Below, piece by piece: positions 40,616 through 55,600 of a stretch of 64,000 nucleotides of DNA (position 1 is the first letter of the stretch; the number at the start of each line of letters is the position of its first letter). Source of the stretch: Tubiluchus corallicola (lineage: Eukaryota; Animalia; Priapulida); NCBI GenBank assembly GCA_030141605.1, contig JAQGDQ010000161.1:248001-312000 (forward strand), given 5' to 3'. The notes beneath the pieces are model-generated. The model ran no database searches. It worked only from the letters and a program-made list of their open reading frames with translations, and was not told the DNA's origin. Both the position numbers and the translations under genes were made by a program.

Positions 40616-43600
40616 ATGTCAGAAATACCTGATAAAAATATTCGTAAGGACCATTTCGCTGAACACAATCATCATAAACGGTAAGTCAACAAGCTGTCTT
40701 CGCTGGCATTAAATTTTACTTTTTAGGGTTGACTACGCCTGCTAACGTGTATGAGTATCTAACGTCTCTCATAATAACTTAACCAATAATCTGTTGGTTG
40801 CTCTTCCTAAAAAAGCTGTAAGCCGTAAAAGCGGCATAATAGCAACAACAATAAAATCTTAACTTAAAATTACGTTGACTAGGACTTAACTCAGTTCACG
40901 TGCATTTGTCGTGTAAAGGTGCTCTAGCATAATTCTGATTTTCAGAAAAAAGTCAAAACCTTGTCATGATGGTAACTCAAAGTGGAATTTGCTGGACGAG
41001 GAAAGCACAAATATGTTTGCTGGCTTGGGAGTTCAAGTTTTAACTGACACAAAGGATGATGAAAGTAATATTACTGACAAGCTATTACCTCAACCAACAC
41101 CACCTATTTCTTCAGGAGCTCACCTTGAAGTACCAGGAGTGAATATTTACTTTTTACGTTTTCAATTTGTTTATAATGTGTCTGTGGAATATAAGTCTAG
41201 TAGTGCAGATGCTTTTCAACATGGAATAATAGTGTAATACTATCAAAATGTTATTGCTCATTTCTTTATTAATTTTTTAGTTTGTACAATGTTTGTCCTC
41301 ATGCACCTCTTTGTCCATGTTATCCATGGTGCACACTAGTAGTAATTTCAGTCAGTTCTTAGCAGCAAATAAAGTGGTGGTAACTACTTACTATTTACTT
41401 GCTGGAATTAAATCACAGTGTTAGAAGCTCCGTTAGTGAATCCGCAATGGGTGGCAAATTTGCGAGCTTCTGTTTAGATTATTAAAAGCAGAGGAGACTA
41501 GACACTAGCCTGTAACGATACACCAATTCAGTGTGCTATCTTTTCATAAAATATGGTTATCATCAGCGTGTAACTGTATCATGATAATCTGAGTCATTAA
41601 TACTTAGCACATGCTTAAGCATCTGCTGATAAAAATGATGTGAAATAATTCAAGCTGAAGCTGTAGAGTGTATTGGAGGTATGTAATAATCAGTGAGTGG
41701 GTGCAGCAGTAGCTGATTTGATGCAGGCGGATCTTTTGCTAGCAATCAAAGTAATTGAAAGTGCAGTACGTTCATAATAACGACGTATAGTAAGTTCATG
41801 CAATGCATATAAACTCGTGAAATGGCTAGCAATAAAATTGACTTATAAAATGCACCAACGTCTTTTGAATCTAAATTGCTAAAATGTTTTATTTTCCAGT
41901 GGCTTATGTTGCCAACAATACTCAAGTAGTAAACAAGAATCAAGCACTTCATTGAGTTATTTGAACTTTTAACAATCCTAAAATTGCTGATTCATATTTA
42001 TATATTTTGTATTATTTATGAACAACTTAGATAGTTTTGTGTAAAATCTGGAAACGTTAACTTGGGTGTATCGTGTATGATCATGATACGTATTGTATCA
42101 TGATATATATCAGATTGTTACCTAGATGTATTGCCACAGCCATGCTAGGCACTTATTTAGACATATGTTACCATGTAAGGCATTGTTAGACATATATTTA
42201 GACATTGTACAATGTACAATGTTATCCTACTGCTGCAAACACTTTTTTCTTTAGCTATACATTTTCTCTGTAATCTTGATTAATTTTTATCAGGATAATT
42301 CCATTTCACTGGTGTGCATGTCTATAATGGACTGGTATGGAATTCCACTGTAGTGTCACTGAAAGGCACATTATTGAAATTTCAATAAAAATTAGTCTTT
42401 TATCATTATATTTATCTGGAAGCTCAGCGCTTCTTGTAAATTGATCAATATATGTGTGTAAATTGTCGCAAATAAAGGCCAAGTGGATAAACCTTATGCA
42501 AAATCATAAATTTACCACATCGGGAAATTTACCAGATGAAAGAGAAAGTTAGATCATAGGCTATTTGCAACACCACGGAGCTTTAATATTTTGTCCTGGT
42601 CCAGTTTTTCTGGATGTCACTGTCACTACCACTGCAACCTGGAACCTGTTCTAAATTAGTCCTAAATGAATGGATTCAAAGGAACATACAAGAGTGAGAA
42701 ACAGAGCCAAGTTTAAACTTATACTGTGGCAAAGGCATAATAGTTGCCTACATTTGTGTGGCTCAAACATGTGACATATACTTTGTGATCTTCCAGTGCT
42801 TCGTAAAATGCAAAATTGCTCAGTGAGCAACATGACTTTGTGAACTACTAATTTAAAGAAAGTCTTGCTCATTGTTGGTATTTTTGTTTAAACACTGTGA
42901 TATTACCCTGTTCCATCAGTGTAAATTAAAAAAAAACTGGACCGTATAATTTACCAAAAGTGACTCATGCTAATTTAATTCGGTTTCTTTCTAGACGTAT
43001 TTTTCCTTTTGTATGTTGATGTTTGCTTTCAGGCACCAAAAGTAGTTTTATCGTCAGCAGCAAATTGTGTGACAGATACACTTGCAGAAAATACAAGCGC
43101 AAGGCAGATATGGCACTGCGGTGTGTCGCCTAGAATTTCAACAGACTTTTCACTGCAAAGGCTACAAGGACAAGGTCAGCATTTAGAAGGAACAAGTAAA
43201 TCTATGATTTAGAAATATAATTTGACATGAATCAATGTTGTTTGTATATGTGCTCACTCTGCTAAATGCTGATGGTATATTTTTTGAGAGATATAAACTT
43301 AGGAGTACGGTATTCGATAACTTGAATAGTTGAGCTCACTGATTTTCTAAAATGGTTCATACTGCTTAATTATAATAGTGAGGTATTAAGAATCTCATGT
43401 AGTTATTTCAACTAAAGGAAGATGACCATTGCATAATAGGCTTAACAGCTCTCCAAAGAGAACTTTAAGGGTAATGTTACTGTAAAAGTTAACCATGGAT
43501 TACGTTGAATTAGCAAGTTTTGGAAGCCAAGACATTTCATAGCTTAAGGGTTTTGTTTTTTAGTTACACATGTAACATTACACATACAGATGAATAATAC

Positions 43601-46600
43601 GTGCTGTAGTTGCATAGCGTTTACAGACCTGCTGTGGAAATCATATTTTTCATAAGTCAAGAGAGTTGAGGACATGGTGACTGATTGCTAAAAGTGCTTA
43701 GTAATCAATAAATTGTTGAATATTCTTCAGATTAGCTGGCACTAATTTGAAGAATAAAAATTGATATCCCCTCCTACTGTCATGGGAACAGGTGAGCTGT
43801 TGGATTGTGTGCTACAAGGAGGAAGTCTCGGCTTGTTCTGTTTTGTTGACTGGTAGCTCAGCTGCCAGAGCATGGACCTACTATTCCAGGTCTTGGGTTC
43901 AGATCCCAACTAGTCCTCAATTTTTCAACGTCTCTTCTTTCAACTCATTGCGCACTATCGGTAATAACTGATGAAAAATTAACCGCAATGAATTATGGAC
44001 ATTTGGCACTCACAGTCATAATCTAATTATGACATTTTATTAGTAAATTAACTGTTGTGCTGTGTGATAAATCAGCAGAAATTATTATTATATGTTATGT
44101 AGAGTAAAACTCAGTCAACTAGAATCAGTTCTAATGTATTAGTACATTTTTAATCTGAAACTTAAACATTTCAATTGATAGGTTATTTTTAGAAATACAT
44201 TAACCTAGCTCTATAGGTGCTAGGGGTTTTTCAATGTTCTATATTTTTAACTTCTTCTTGCTAAGTATATTTGCTACTTTTTATTTCCTTATTTTCAGCA
44301 AAGTTTGACTTGTTGCCAGACGAAATCATACTGCAAATATTCACATGGCTGCCACGGTCTGTACTCACTAAATGTACTTGTGTTTGTAAACGGTGGCGAC
44401 AGCTTAGCTACGATGAAATTTTATGGAAACGATTGGATTTATCAGAAAAAGTGATAAATCCTAGGGTCTTTCAAACATTGTTAAATAGGGGAGTGATGGT
44501 ACTACGCCTAGCTAAAGCAGAGGTTTGCTAAATTCATATTCAAAATTTATTCTAGAAGCTCATTGCTATGAAAAAATTATATTTATTAACGTACAATTGC
44601 TAATAGTACAATAATTTTCTGTCTTTTTAAGTCGCACTTAGATGGCAGACAAAAAATTGCTGAGTCACCATACCATTTCAGTTTAATTTACTTAACTGTT
44701 TGCTCAGTGTCTGCGCACATCTATATAAATTAATTACATAATTACCAGTAATTTAGCTACAACTCGTGATTATTTTAAATTCATTAGCGCATCAGCAAAG
44801 TTTGAATTGCTACACATCATAACATTATTATTATTATCATTTATTTGAACATACTTACAATAGACATGCACATGCAGTTATCATTTACCAGTACATCATT
44901 TACCAAACCGCATAATACTCTTTGGTATTCATTAATACAGAAAGCAGTTTCTCTTATTGTTTTCTGGATATAACTCTGATAATAATTGCTAATTTTATTA
45001 CTATTCACAGAATACATAGCTTGTCTGGTAAAAAACTGACAATACAGCTATTGCTGTTCATATGTGTGTTGTAAAATTTAACAAATCGTGATTCAAACAT
45101 GTAACAGGGTCGTGTAAGACCACTTACATAAGGCAGAAAATAAAACTATGGGTCACTTTCGTCAGTCGCTATAGTTTTCTGACTTCTCCAATATTCCAAG
45201 CAGTGTCCAGACTGTTAATGCTTTTTGTTTCAAGTTTCCTAATCTGTGCGCCATAAAAACTATGACAATAACAGCCAAAAATTCTTTTTAAGTCACTGTT
45301 AAGAAAAGAAATATTATTAAAAATATTAATTGTATTATTATAGTCTCATTAGATTTTCTGAAGTAAATAAGAACTACTCACTTATCAATACGATGTTTTG
45401 TTATAAATTTAATTATTGCGAATCATGTTAAATTCTTTGTTATGATTACAGATACATGAACCTGCCTGCAACACTATGATGGTTCACTCAAGTTTAGAAA
45501 CTTATAATGAACTACGGTAAGACTAAACTAAAACATTTTTTGTAATACATGCTATTCACTCTTGAATTATTGATAAAATCACATTTGGTTTCAGTTTTAT
45601 AAAGTTTAAATGGCTTTTATAAAGTTTGAAAGTCTGTTTAAACAGAAATCATGAGCAAAATTAACAGTTTAATCATATAGCAGTTAGATTATAATCTAGC
45701 ATTCGACTTTGACAATGTTGTTTTTTGCTTGTGATGCATTAAGTTTATGGCGCGCATCACACAGAGAAAGTCATAAGGAGCAAGCCATATTCCATAAGTC
45801 ACTATGTCTTCCATCTTCCATCAGGCATATATAATCTGTGGTATGCTCCTTACTCTGTGTAAACAGTAAAGCATTTTCTCATAATCTGTTTCGGCAGTGA
45901 ACATATCTGTTTACAGTATTATTGAAGTACCGTGTTTAAAAAATGTTTTTTAATATTTATGAGAGCTGTTATGAATTCTTATGATATAAGTGAATTGTGC
46001 TCTGTAAAAATCACAAACATGTTAATTATCGCGTTAACGATGACACAAAACACTTTATGAAAATAAAATTAATGGCCAAATTCATTTCACAATAAGATGC
46101 CTTATGAGCCCATCAGAATGGCTTGTGCATGTTATGTCTGTCGGCTTACAGCTGGTAAACCACTTGGCTGAAGACGGCAAATGGGTTATCTGTGTGACAA
46201 GAAACCATTGGTTAGCATACGTTCATTTTTCCTTTGGTGGCTTTTTCTCCTCATGGCTTATGCCTTACGGATTATGTCTAACTTTGTGTGGCATGGACCT
46301 ATTAGTGAATGTTTTTAAAACATTTTAGTGTGTTCCAAAACTCCTCTGTTTCATTTTATCTTCTGTTTTTTTTATTTTTTAGACCGAGCAAGCTACAGTA
46401 CCTTGATCTCAGTATGGCACAACTATCCGTTAGTTCTCTAAATCAGATTTTACGGACTACAACTCGCCTTCATAAACTCAGTGTAGAGTTTTGTGATCTT
46501 GATGAATATACCTGCAGGTAATCTTACAATGTTGGTATTGTTTCTACTGTATGTGTTTTCGTTCATACAGCAATTACGGGATGGTTTTCTGTTCTATGTT

Positions 46601-49600
46601 AAAAAAATAAATAAGAAATGCCTCAAAGCTGTGTTGTAACTGTGTCGCGCTGTCTCATTTTTTGTATTTTGTAGCTAGATCACTGTGGCACTGTCCATAC
46701 ATGGTTGTCACATTCTTTTTAATACTGTATCGTCTATTTTGTTATTTTTTTATAATGTTAGTATCTAGTTTTAGCTTTATTTTAAATGAGTTCTTTATCT
46801 ACCTGCTATGTTGCAGTTTTTTTATAAGTTTAAGGTTAGGCAATTTTGCTGATTAACTAGTGCTTTCTGAGGTTGTGCTATTGAACATGCTTGCTGTGTA
46901 GGAGATTACTGTTGCCTTTTATCACTGTTTAAATTCTTAATATTATTACTTTTTCATCCTATAATTAACTATGATAGAAGAGTCTACTGAAGCATTTTGG
47001 TTGGACTATGTATTGAAAATTTACTGCTTTTCGTAGGTATATAGGGCAAAATGCTAACCTAGAAGTACTCAATGCTAGTATGTGCAGTGGACTTACACTC
47101 AATGGACTAGAATTTATTTTTTCCAGTTGTAAAAGGTTTGTCATATCCACGTATATCACATACTTATAAATTGTACCAATTGTCAGCATGCATTTCTCTT
47201 TCAGTAAAATGGGAGCTGACAGTTCATGTATGTTTGCAGCTTTGTAAATTTCTGTGTTTTGTGTTTTGAAATAATTGTTGAGCATGTTTTAGTTTAAATA
47301 TATATTAAATATTTACTACCTTTTTATATATTATATAATGACAACATAAAAATGCACAAATCATAAAGAGTTGTCTGGATGGCACTTTAATGGATCTTAT
47401 TAATTATACGATGTAATAAATGATGAAAAATTACAATATTATAAATTGTATTATACAAGTGCAATAGTAAACAAGTCATTTGCAGCTTTGAATAAAATCT
47501 ATTTTACACCTAAGAACAAATTGAAATTAATATTCTCAGACTATGCATTACAGCCATTTGATCCTAAGTTAGCATCACGTTCCATGTTCCAAGCTAGCAT
47601 CATGTTTCTCCTTAACATCAAGTGTGTTTTGAGCATGTTTTTGTGATGCCATGTTGGCTTTTTTGTTGATTATTTACAGTGTTTTACAGATTGCTTTCAC
47701 TAAATATTGCGTGGACTAACATGCATAAAGCGACAGTAAAGCACACTTGCCGTAGTCTGCCAATTAGCTTTCAAAAACTCAACATTTCTGGATGCAGACT
47801 GAGTATAACAGATGATGGTAATTTAACTCATTTTTCTGAATCCTTTTCAGTATTTATGTTACAGTAAGTTATGTTTCACTATCAGTTTTACTATCAAGGC
47901 CTTGAGCTCCTACATTTTACATGCATCATGGTTATTTGGTTGCTATGATATTGTGGCTTTGCACACGGCAAAGGTGAGGCAATTGCTGTTTTGCCAATAG
48001 CAGTTATAATGCAAATGATAATTTTGGAGTTGGAATATATAACTTATAGAATTACCAGTTCCTTTTATCGCCACTTTTTCTCAGCTCTGGAGTATCCGGT
48101 TCTGGATGTGCAAGCTTGTAGCTTATAAATTTTGAGGTCAAGTGGAGCAGCGGCAAATATAGAATTTTTTAACATTTTTTGAAGATTCGCGTATAATAAA
48201 TTCCTGGAATATGCCCACTGCTTGGATGTNNGTTGTGAACGACCGAAGATTTTGTCTGTAGTGCTTAGGCTCGGACATGGAGTTCGTCAAGCCGCGATAA
48301 TCTTATTCAATCATTTAATCTGTACTATTGTTACTTAAGTGTAGACTTTACCTCAACTGGTCTTCGTTGCTGTAAAGTATGCATTGCCACTAATAGATGG
48401 CAGCACTATTGAATTGTGGTCTAATTTGTATTAGCGTGCAAAAGTACTCAGTGTGTGAAGCAGGACTGCATGGCTGCAGTAATGTGAAAGCTGTAGATGT
48501 AATAAATAAACGTTTAAAGTATAATCAACGGTTATACCTTTTGTCAACACGACAAAATTGGTAGCAGAGAGTAGTTTTTGCTAATCAGTGGGCGACGATA
48601 CTCGTATGCAGTCTACGTTTACCAAGAAAGAGCGATTGTCTACTCGCTAGGACGTCTGCCTACCGGTAAATAATTTTCGAACATTTTCGTAATGACTAAT
48701 TATGGCTAAAGATAACAAATGCATAAATTGTCGTCAACGTGTTGCAAGTGGGTTGATATGTGACAGCTGTGAACGTTGGTGGTGCATAAACTGTTTAAAC
48801 CTAAAGCAAGATCATGTACTAACAGAGAAACTTTATGAGGCATTAAGTCAGCTGGGCGAATTTCAATGGGCATGCGAGAAATGTTGCGACAATAATTTAC
48901 TAATTCAGCTGGTGAAATCGGGAACGTTTACTACAAAGCAGTTGTCCGAATTCGGTTGCAATGGTGACGTCATCAATGTAATTAAAGCTACGAAACCAGT
49001 TGATAAGGTCGAAGTAATGTCTGCCGAAAATCAAACGGAAGCCACTTCGCTGCCAACGCAGCAAAATACTGCATCCAGGGGTCAAGTATTGCTGAATGAA
49101 ACTATGTCACAGGTAAATCAGCCAGCGCAGGGCGGATCGCTGTCACAACAAGACGCAACACTTGCAATGATGCAAATGTTTCTACAATCGCAGCAACAGA
49201 TGTTCCAAACGCTTCAAGAAGAACGAGAACGCGAACGAAAAGAACGCAAAGAAGAACTACAGTTAATCCTAGAGTCGGTGAAAAAGCAACCCGTCAGCAG
49301 TCCGCCACCGGATATGTCATCAGATTCTACTACGAATTTTACAACCGCGAGGCTCCCGAAGATCGAACTAGCAAAATTTAACGGCAACGCCTTACAATGG
49401 AACAATTTCTGGGAATCATTCAACATCAACGTTGACAGCAGACAACTCAACAACAAACAGAAATTAGACTATCTACATCGAGTTTTAGAAGGACCAGCGT
49501 ATGACAAAATTAAAGGGTTGGGAATGGAAGGCGACAAGTACAGTGAAGCAGTCACTATTTTGAAGAATTTTTACGGCAATCCCGGTTTTCAACAGAAAGC

Positions 49601-52600
49601 GCATAGGGAGTCCCTGAAAGCAGTTCCGCACGTGAAAGAAAACCTGAGTAACCTTGAACAATTTACCGATGAAATACGCTCAGTTACTATATCGCTCAAA
49701 CGTCAAGGCATTACAAATCAAGCCCTCGACAGTCACGTGACGGAGTTAGTAGAAAAACTACCTAAATATCTGACGGAAGAAATGAATAGATTTCGGCTGT
49801 ATCAAGGCAAAAAGAGAGATGTAGTAAAGATGGAAGAATTAATTTCATTTTTGGAAGACTACCAAGAAGTAAATTTACATCGAACCAATGAAGGACAAGT
49901 TAAGAAAACACAGTTACGGAACCAGGGTTCTGGAACAGAAAAAGCTATCCCTACTGCAAATTTTATTCAGAATGTTTCCAGAAATAAACTGAGATGCGCC
50001 TTTTGTGAAAAAGACAATCACTACAGTGACGAATGCAAGAAGGTGGTAGATCCAAAAAAACGCAAGGAAATAATAGCCAATGCTAAAAGATGCTACAAAT
50101 GTTTGAGTACCCGGCACTTAATGAAAGACTGCAACAGACAGAAGCCATGTTTCCACTGCAAAAGTACCAGTCACAACTCAGCGCTCTGCGAGAAACGAGA
50201 GAAGATTTTATCTCCCCAACATTTATCTGTACAGACAGAACCAAGCGTCACTGAAACCATAGTTAAGCAGAATGATTTCCACGTCACCTATCCAGCAGAG
50301 GAAGGCATTGTGATGCCAGCGTTTCCATGCACAGCAGTGAATCCGCAAACTGAAGAGGCTCGTGAAGTTTTTGTCTACGTTGATGGTGGAGCCAAACATT
50401 CAAGTATCAGCGACGAAGCAGCTTCTAGACTTAATTTGTTACGCACAGGAAGATACAAGCTAGAAACATCACGCTTCAACACAGATGTAATAGAGGCAGT
50501 ACACTCGAGTAAAGTGAAGTTCATTCTAAAGGGGTCTAAAGATTTTAGCCTGCAAATTCAAGCTTATACAATTCCAAAGCTAGCGCCTCCATTCCAAGTA
50601 GAGCCAATTCGACTAGACGCACAAGCTTTGGAAAAAGTTCGGCAGCTACGACTATTGAACTTGCCACCACGAAGCAACACTCAGAGAAGAATTGATGTCA
50701 TCATTGGACAAGATTTCATCAACCGCATTATGGGACCAATGATTCCAGCTACCCATATTCAGAATGATTTGTTTGCTCATCGCAGTCCATTGGGAGATTT
50801 TCTAGCCGGAAATGCTACGATACCGGAAATGAATTACGATTCTAGCACTCGACCAGTTGTCGCGCCTAATTTATTTTGCTATTCTGCTATAGAAGATGTT
50901 GCAGACTCGACACAGTTAGAACAAGTAGGAATAAACAAGCAGTCTGAATTATCAGAGAAGGATAAAGAAGTTATCCAGAAATTTAGAGAAACAATTGAAT
51001 TCAAGCATGGACGTTATAAAGTTGGTTTTCCATGGAAACATCCTATACAGCATTTGGTTTCGAACTATCACGTAGCAAAGAAAAGACTTGAGTCTACACT
51101 AAAGATGTTAGCTCCTAATGGATCACCAACACGTCACTACGCTACGTACAATGAAACTATCAACAACCAGCTTCATCAAGGAATAATTGAGTCAGTTACT
51201 CAGCCTACAACAGAACGACGCTTTATACACTACATAGCACATTTTCCAGTGATAAACGAAAATCGTACTTCTACTCAAGTTCGCATCGTGTACGACGCTA
51301 GTGACAAGAACAAAGCTGATGGTAAAAGCTTGAACGACCTAATACACGCTGGACCATGTCTACTTACTAACCTGGTTGGAATTTTACTACGTTTTCGCCT
51401 GTTTGAAATTGTCATGGTAGCGGACATTGAAAAAGCGTTCCATCAAGTTTCTCTAATGGAAGCAGACAGAGATACTGTCAGATTTCTATGGCTGAAAGAT
51501 CCATCACAGCCTGACACAGTGGACAACATCAAGGTATATCGCTTTACCAGACTCCCATTTGGTGTCAATGCGTCTCCATTTTTACTACTAGCTACGATAC
51601 TACATCACTTACAGCAAAACCCGGGAACACTAGCAAATAGACTACAACAAAATCTGTATGTGGACAATGTCATTTTAGAAGTTGTGCATGGAGAAGACCC
51701 TATGGAGATATACCAGTCAGCGAAGAACCTATTTGATATGGCAGCAATGAATCTACGCCAATGGCTGTCAAATGATCTCAAGCTTAATGAAGCTCTACCG
51801 CAATGGGACCGACAACAAGGTACTACAGTAAAAGTACTGGGAATTATTTGGGACACCGCCAATGATGTAATGAGACCACAGTACATATTTCAACCACTAG
51901 AAGTGTATACCAGAAGACTAGCAATGCAACAGCTTGCTCGACTATATGATCCGCTTGGAATCTACCTGCCAGTAACTATCAAAGGAAAGATTTTGCTACA
52001 CAAAATGGCTAAACAGAAGTTCGGTCTAGATGAGCCAGTCACAGCTTCAATGGTTTTAGAGTGGCAGCAATTAGAAGAAGAACTGAAAAACATTCCACAA
52101 ATAACACTTCCACGCAGAGTCATCATGGATAGACAAGTTCCTGTTCAACTACTATGCTTCACAGATGCCAGTAAAGATGCATATTGTGCCTGCATCTATA
52201 TTCATCAACGTTTAGATAACCACGTTATATCTTCATTAGCATTTGCGAAGTCTCAAGTAGCGACATTGACAGTTAGTCAAACTCTATCACGACTAGAACT
52301 AGAAGCCGTTCTAATAGGATGCAGGATGCTTCGATTTGTAGAAAATCAGATTGATCAACCATTGCTAGATAAGCACTTATGGACAGATTCACAAATTGTG
52401 CTCTGTTGGATTCACTCGTCCAAAGTTTTACCACCCTATATAGAAAGACGTCGAAGTGAAATAATATCTATGGATGATATCCAGTTTAGATACATCGACA
52501 CTAAAGCCAATCCTGCTGATTGGGGCACTCGCGGAATCTCAGCAAAGAAATTATGTGAGTGCAACTGGATTTGTGGACCAGAATGGTTATCACTAGAGCC

Positions 52601-55600
52601 TAAACAGTGGCCAAAATGGAGCGGAAACACCAACATACAGTTGCCAAATTTGAGTCGTTCAAGAAAAACACAGACAGCTTTAGTTACAGTAACGGAGGAG
52701 AAACCTGCTGTTTACCCCTTTGGTATAGATGTTAATAACTACAGCGACTATGACAAGCTTCTAAGGGTAACCAGCTACTGCCAGAGATTTATTGACAGGT
52801 GTCGCAAAAAGAAGATACCAGAATCAACTAATATCACTGCAGATGAGATGATTGAAGCACGTATAATGTGGATTAAACAAGTGCAACAGGACTGCTTCTC
52901 AATGGAATCCAAACTTCTACACCATGGCAAATTTAATCAACTGATAAAACAACTAGATCTCCACACCGACAAAGGTGTTATATGCTGTGGCGGGAGGCTT
53001 GCTAATGCAATAACTGATCAATCAATGTTTCCAATTCTGCTACCTAGAAGTCATCGTTTTACAGAGCTAATCATCGAAAAGGCTCACAGGAGAGTCTTGC
53101 ATTCTGGAGTTAAAGCTACTCTAGCTGAGATTAGGAAACAATACTGGATTCCACAAGGTTATACAACAGTGCGAAAAACTTTGTCTAAGTGTCTCCTGTG
53201 CCAAAAGATTCAAGGAGGAACATTCAAACCACCAAGAATGGCACAACTACCAATGGAACGTCTCCGCAGGACACCCGCATTTCACTTTACAGGGATGGAT
53301 TACATAGGACCAATGCTCATTCGTGCCAAGCCTGGTGAATATCATGAGAAGAGATGGATAGCATTATTCACTTGCTTCACAACACGGGCGGTCCATTTGG
53401 AAATTGTTCAGGATCAGTCAGCAAGTGCCACTGTTCAAGCAATAATTCGCTTCATTAGCAGAAGAGGTTGTCCAGCAGTTATCCTGAGTGACAACGCTAC
53501 ATATTTCAAGAAGAGTGAAGCACTGCTGATGCAATATTTTGCAGAACAACGAATCCGCTGGAAATATATTCCCGAGAGGTCACCGTGGGTCGCTGGATTT
53601 TATGAGCGTCTTGTGGCAGTGATTAAGCAGGCCATGAAGAAAACTCTTTGGAAAGCTACGTTAGACAACGATGGACTGCAAACTCTCATAACGCAGATCG
53701 AAAGTCTAATGAACACTAGACCACTGCTTAACATTTCATCGAGTCCTGAAGAACTTACAATGTTAACACCAGCTAACTTCATCGCGCCTATGGGAAAACT
53801 AAGCATTTCTACATCAAACGAAGATGTTTTGGACCCAGACTATGCACCAGAAGCAAGACCTACAGATGCACTGAAGGTCCAATGGCAGAAGGTCAACCGA
53901 AAGCTAGATCAGTTTTGGAGTGTATGGCATAAGCACTATCTACACTCATTGAGAGAAACCCACCAAGTGCACTTTCGACGGAAACGTGGAGAAATCGCAA
54001 GAAAACCTACAGTTGGAGAAGTTTGCCTGATTCAAGACGCCACTCCACGTGCAACATGGAAGATTGGAAAGATTGTAGAATTCCTCCCTTCACAAGATGG
54101 CGAGATCCGCTTTGTCAGCATCAAGCTCCCGACTGGCTATGTAACAAGACGAGGGGTGAAGGATTTGGTTCCCTTAGAAACGAATTTCGAGGCAGGTGAA
54201 ACCAAAGACACTACACAACTGTTGACATGCTGGCGGGAGGATGTCGTTGTGAACGACCGAAGATTTTGTCTGTAGTGCTTAGGCTCGGACATGGAGTTCG
54301 TCAAGCCGCGATAATCTTATTCAATCATTTAATCTGTACTATTGTTACTTAAGTGTAGACTTTACCTCAACTGGTCTTCGTTGCTGTAAAGTATGCATTG
54401 CCACTAATAGATGGCAGCACTATTGAATTGTGGTCTAATTTGTATTAGCGTGCAAAAGTACTCAGTGTGTGAAGCAGGACTGCATGGCTGCAGTAATGTG
54501 AAAGCTGTAGCTGTAATAAATAAACGTTTAAAGTATAATCAACGGTTATACCTTTTGTCAACACGACAGATGTTGTCAATCGATAAACACCAGTGATATG
54601 TGAATCTTTAGCAGGATATCAGAAAACAACAATTAGTAACTCATTTTAAAGCAACGTAACGGTGGCTCTGTTTTCTCATAAACATTAGTATGATATTCCT
54701 TTAGATAAAAATTACTACCTGTGACAATGCAAAAAATACATTTTTACGTATAGTTTGTTCTAGCTTTGTAGCGTCAGTTAACACACTTTTACAGAATGCT
54801 ATTTATGCATTTTATTATTGTATGTTATGTAATATGTATCACAAATTTGTGTATATGTTCTGCACAGCTTGCTTAAGAAGTCTGTGCAATTGAATTGTTT
54901 TGTTTATTTCTGCTGTTTACTTGTTTATCTGTATTTAAAATGCTATTTTCAGATGTTGCAAACCTGGTTGAAAACTGTCCAAACTTACGTGAACTTGATC
55001 TTAGTGATTGTAACCTATTAACTCGAAAATCATTGGCTTCCATTGCATCTAGCTTATATAAACTCCAGTACCTTGCAATCAGTCGTTGTTACAAAATTCA
55101 TCTTGGCGATATCACGTAGGTATTTTTGATTGCGCTTGCTTTCTGTAAGTAACTGAAGCACGTAAAATCTTTGTGGTGCTGCAATAATGGCAAGAACAAT
55201 TTTACTCTTGCCTCACTTGGCAACTTGAACAAACTAAACTCAAAGTGGTGTGATAACCTGTCTTTATTCCTTGTGTCAGAATATTATGGGTCCAACTCCA
55301 ATATGTTCCTAATGGTGTGAGTGAGTTGGGCAAACCAAACCAATTCACCAACAGCAACTAGATCTGAATTAACTGTGCATTGTACAATTTTTGTTGTTGT
55401 CAACAATGTTGCAATGTCAATAGCCAATTTTTAACCAAGGTTTATTAACCAATGTAAATAACCAAGGTTTAATAATACAGTTGATTAAAGAACTGTATCC
55501 TCTATCATTACTGGAAACCCAACCCAAATCAGTGCAGACGGATATAAACATTTTTATTTATCATATTAATCAAAAACTAAATTGTTCTACCTATACTTTC

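Larger units (their letters stand above)
48230..54568 (+). mobile_element. Full-length BEL/Pao LTR retrotransposon in SKP2 intron 8
   Basis: 3' LTR 54242-54568 (327 bp, TGTCGT...ACGACA); 5' LTR 48230-48554 with its first bases replaced by NN; TSD GATGT at 48225-48229 and 54569-54573; PBS TGGTAGCAGAG at 48559-48569; purine-rich GGCGGGAGGA before the 3' LTR; single intact ORF. Confidence 0.97.

Noticed and set aside
48900-53806. Antisense ORFs within the retrotransposon; possible env gene
   Set aside because: Short shadow ORFs of the pol frame; the polyprotein runs into the 3' LTR, leaving no room for env.
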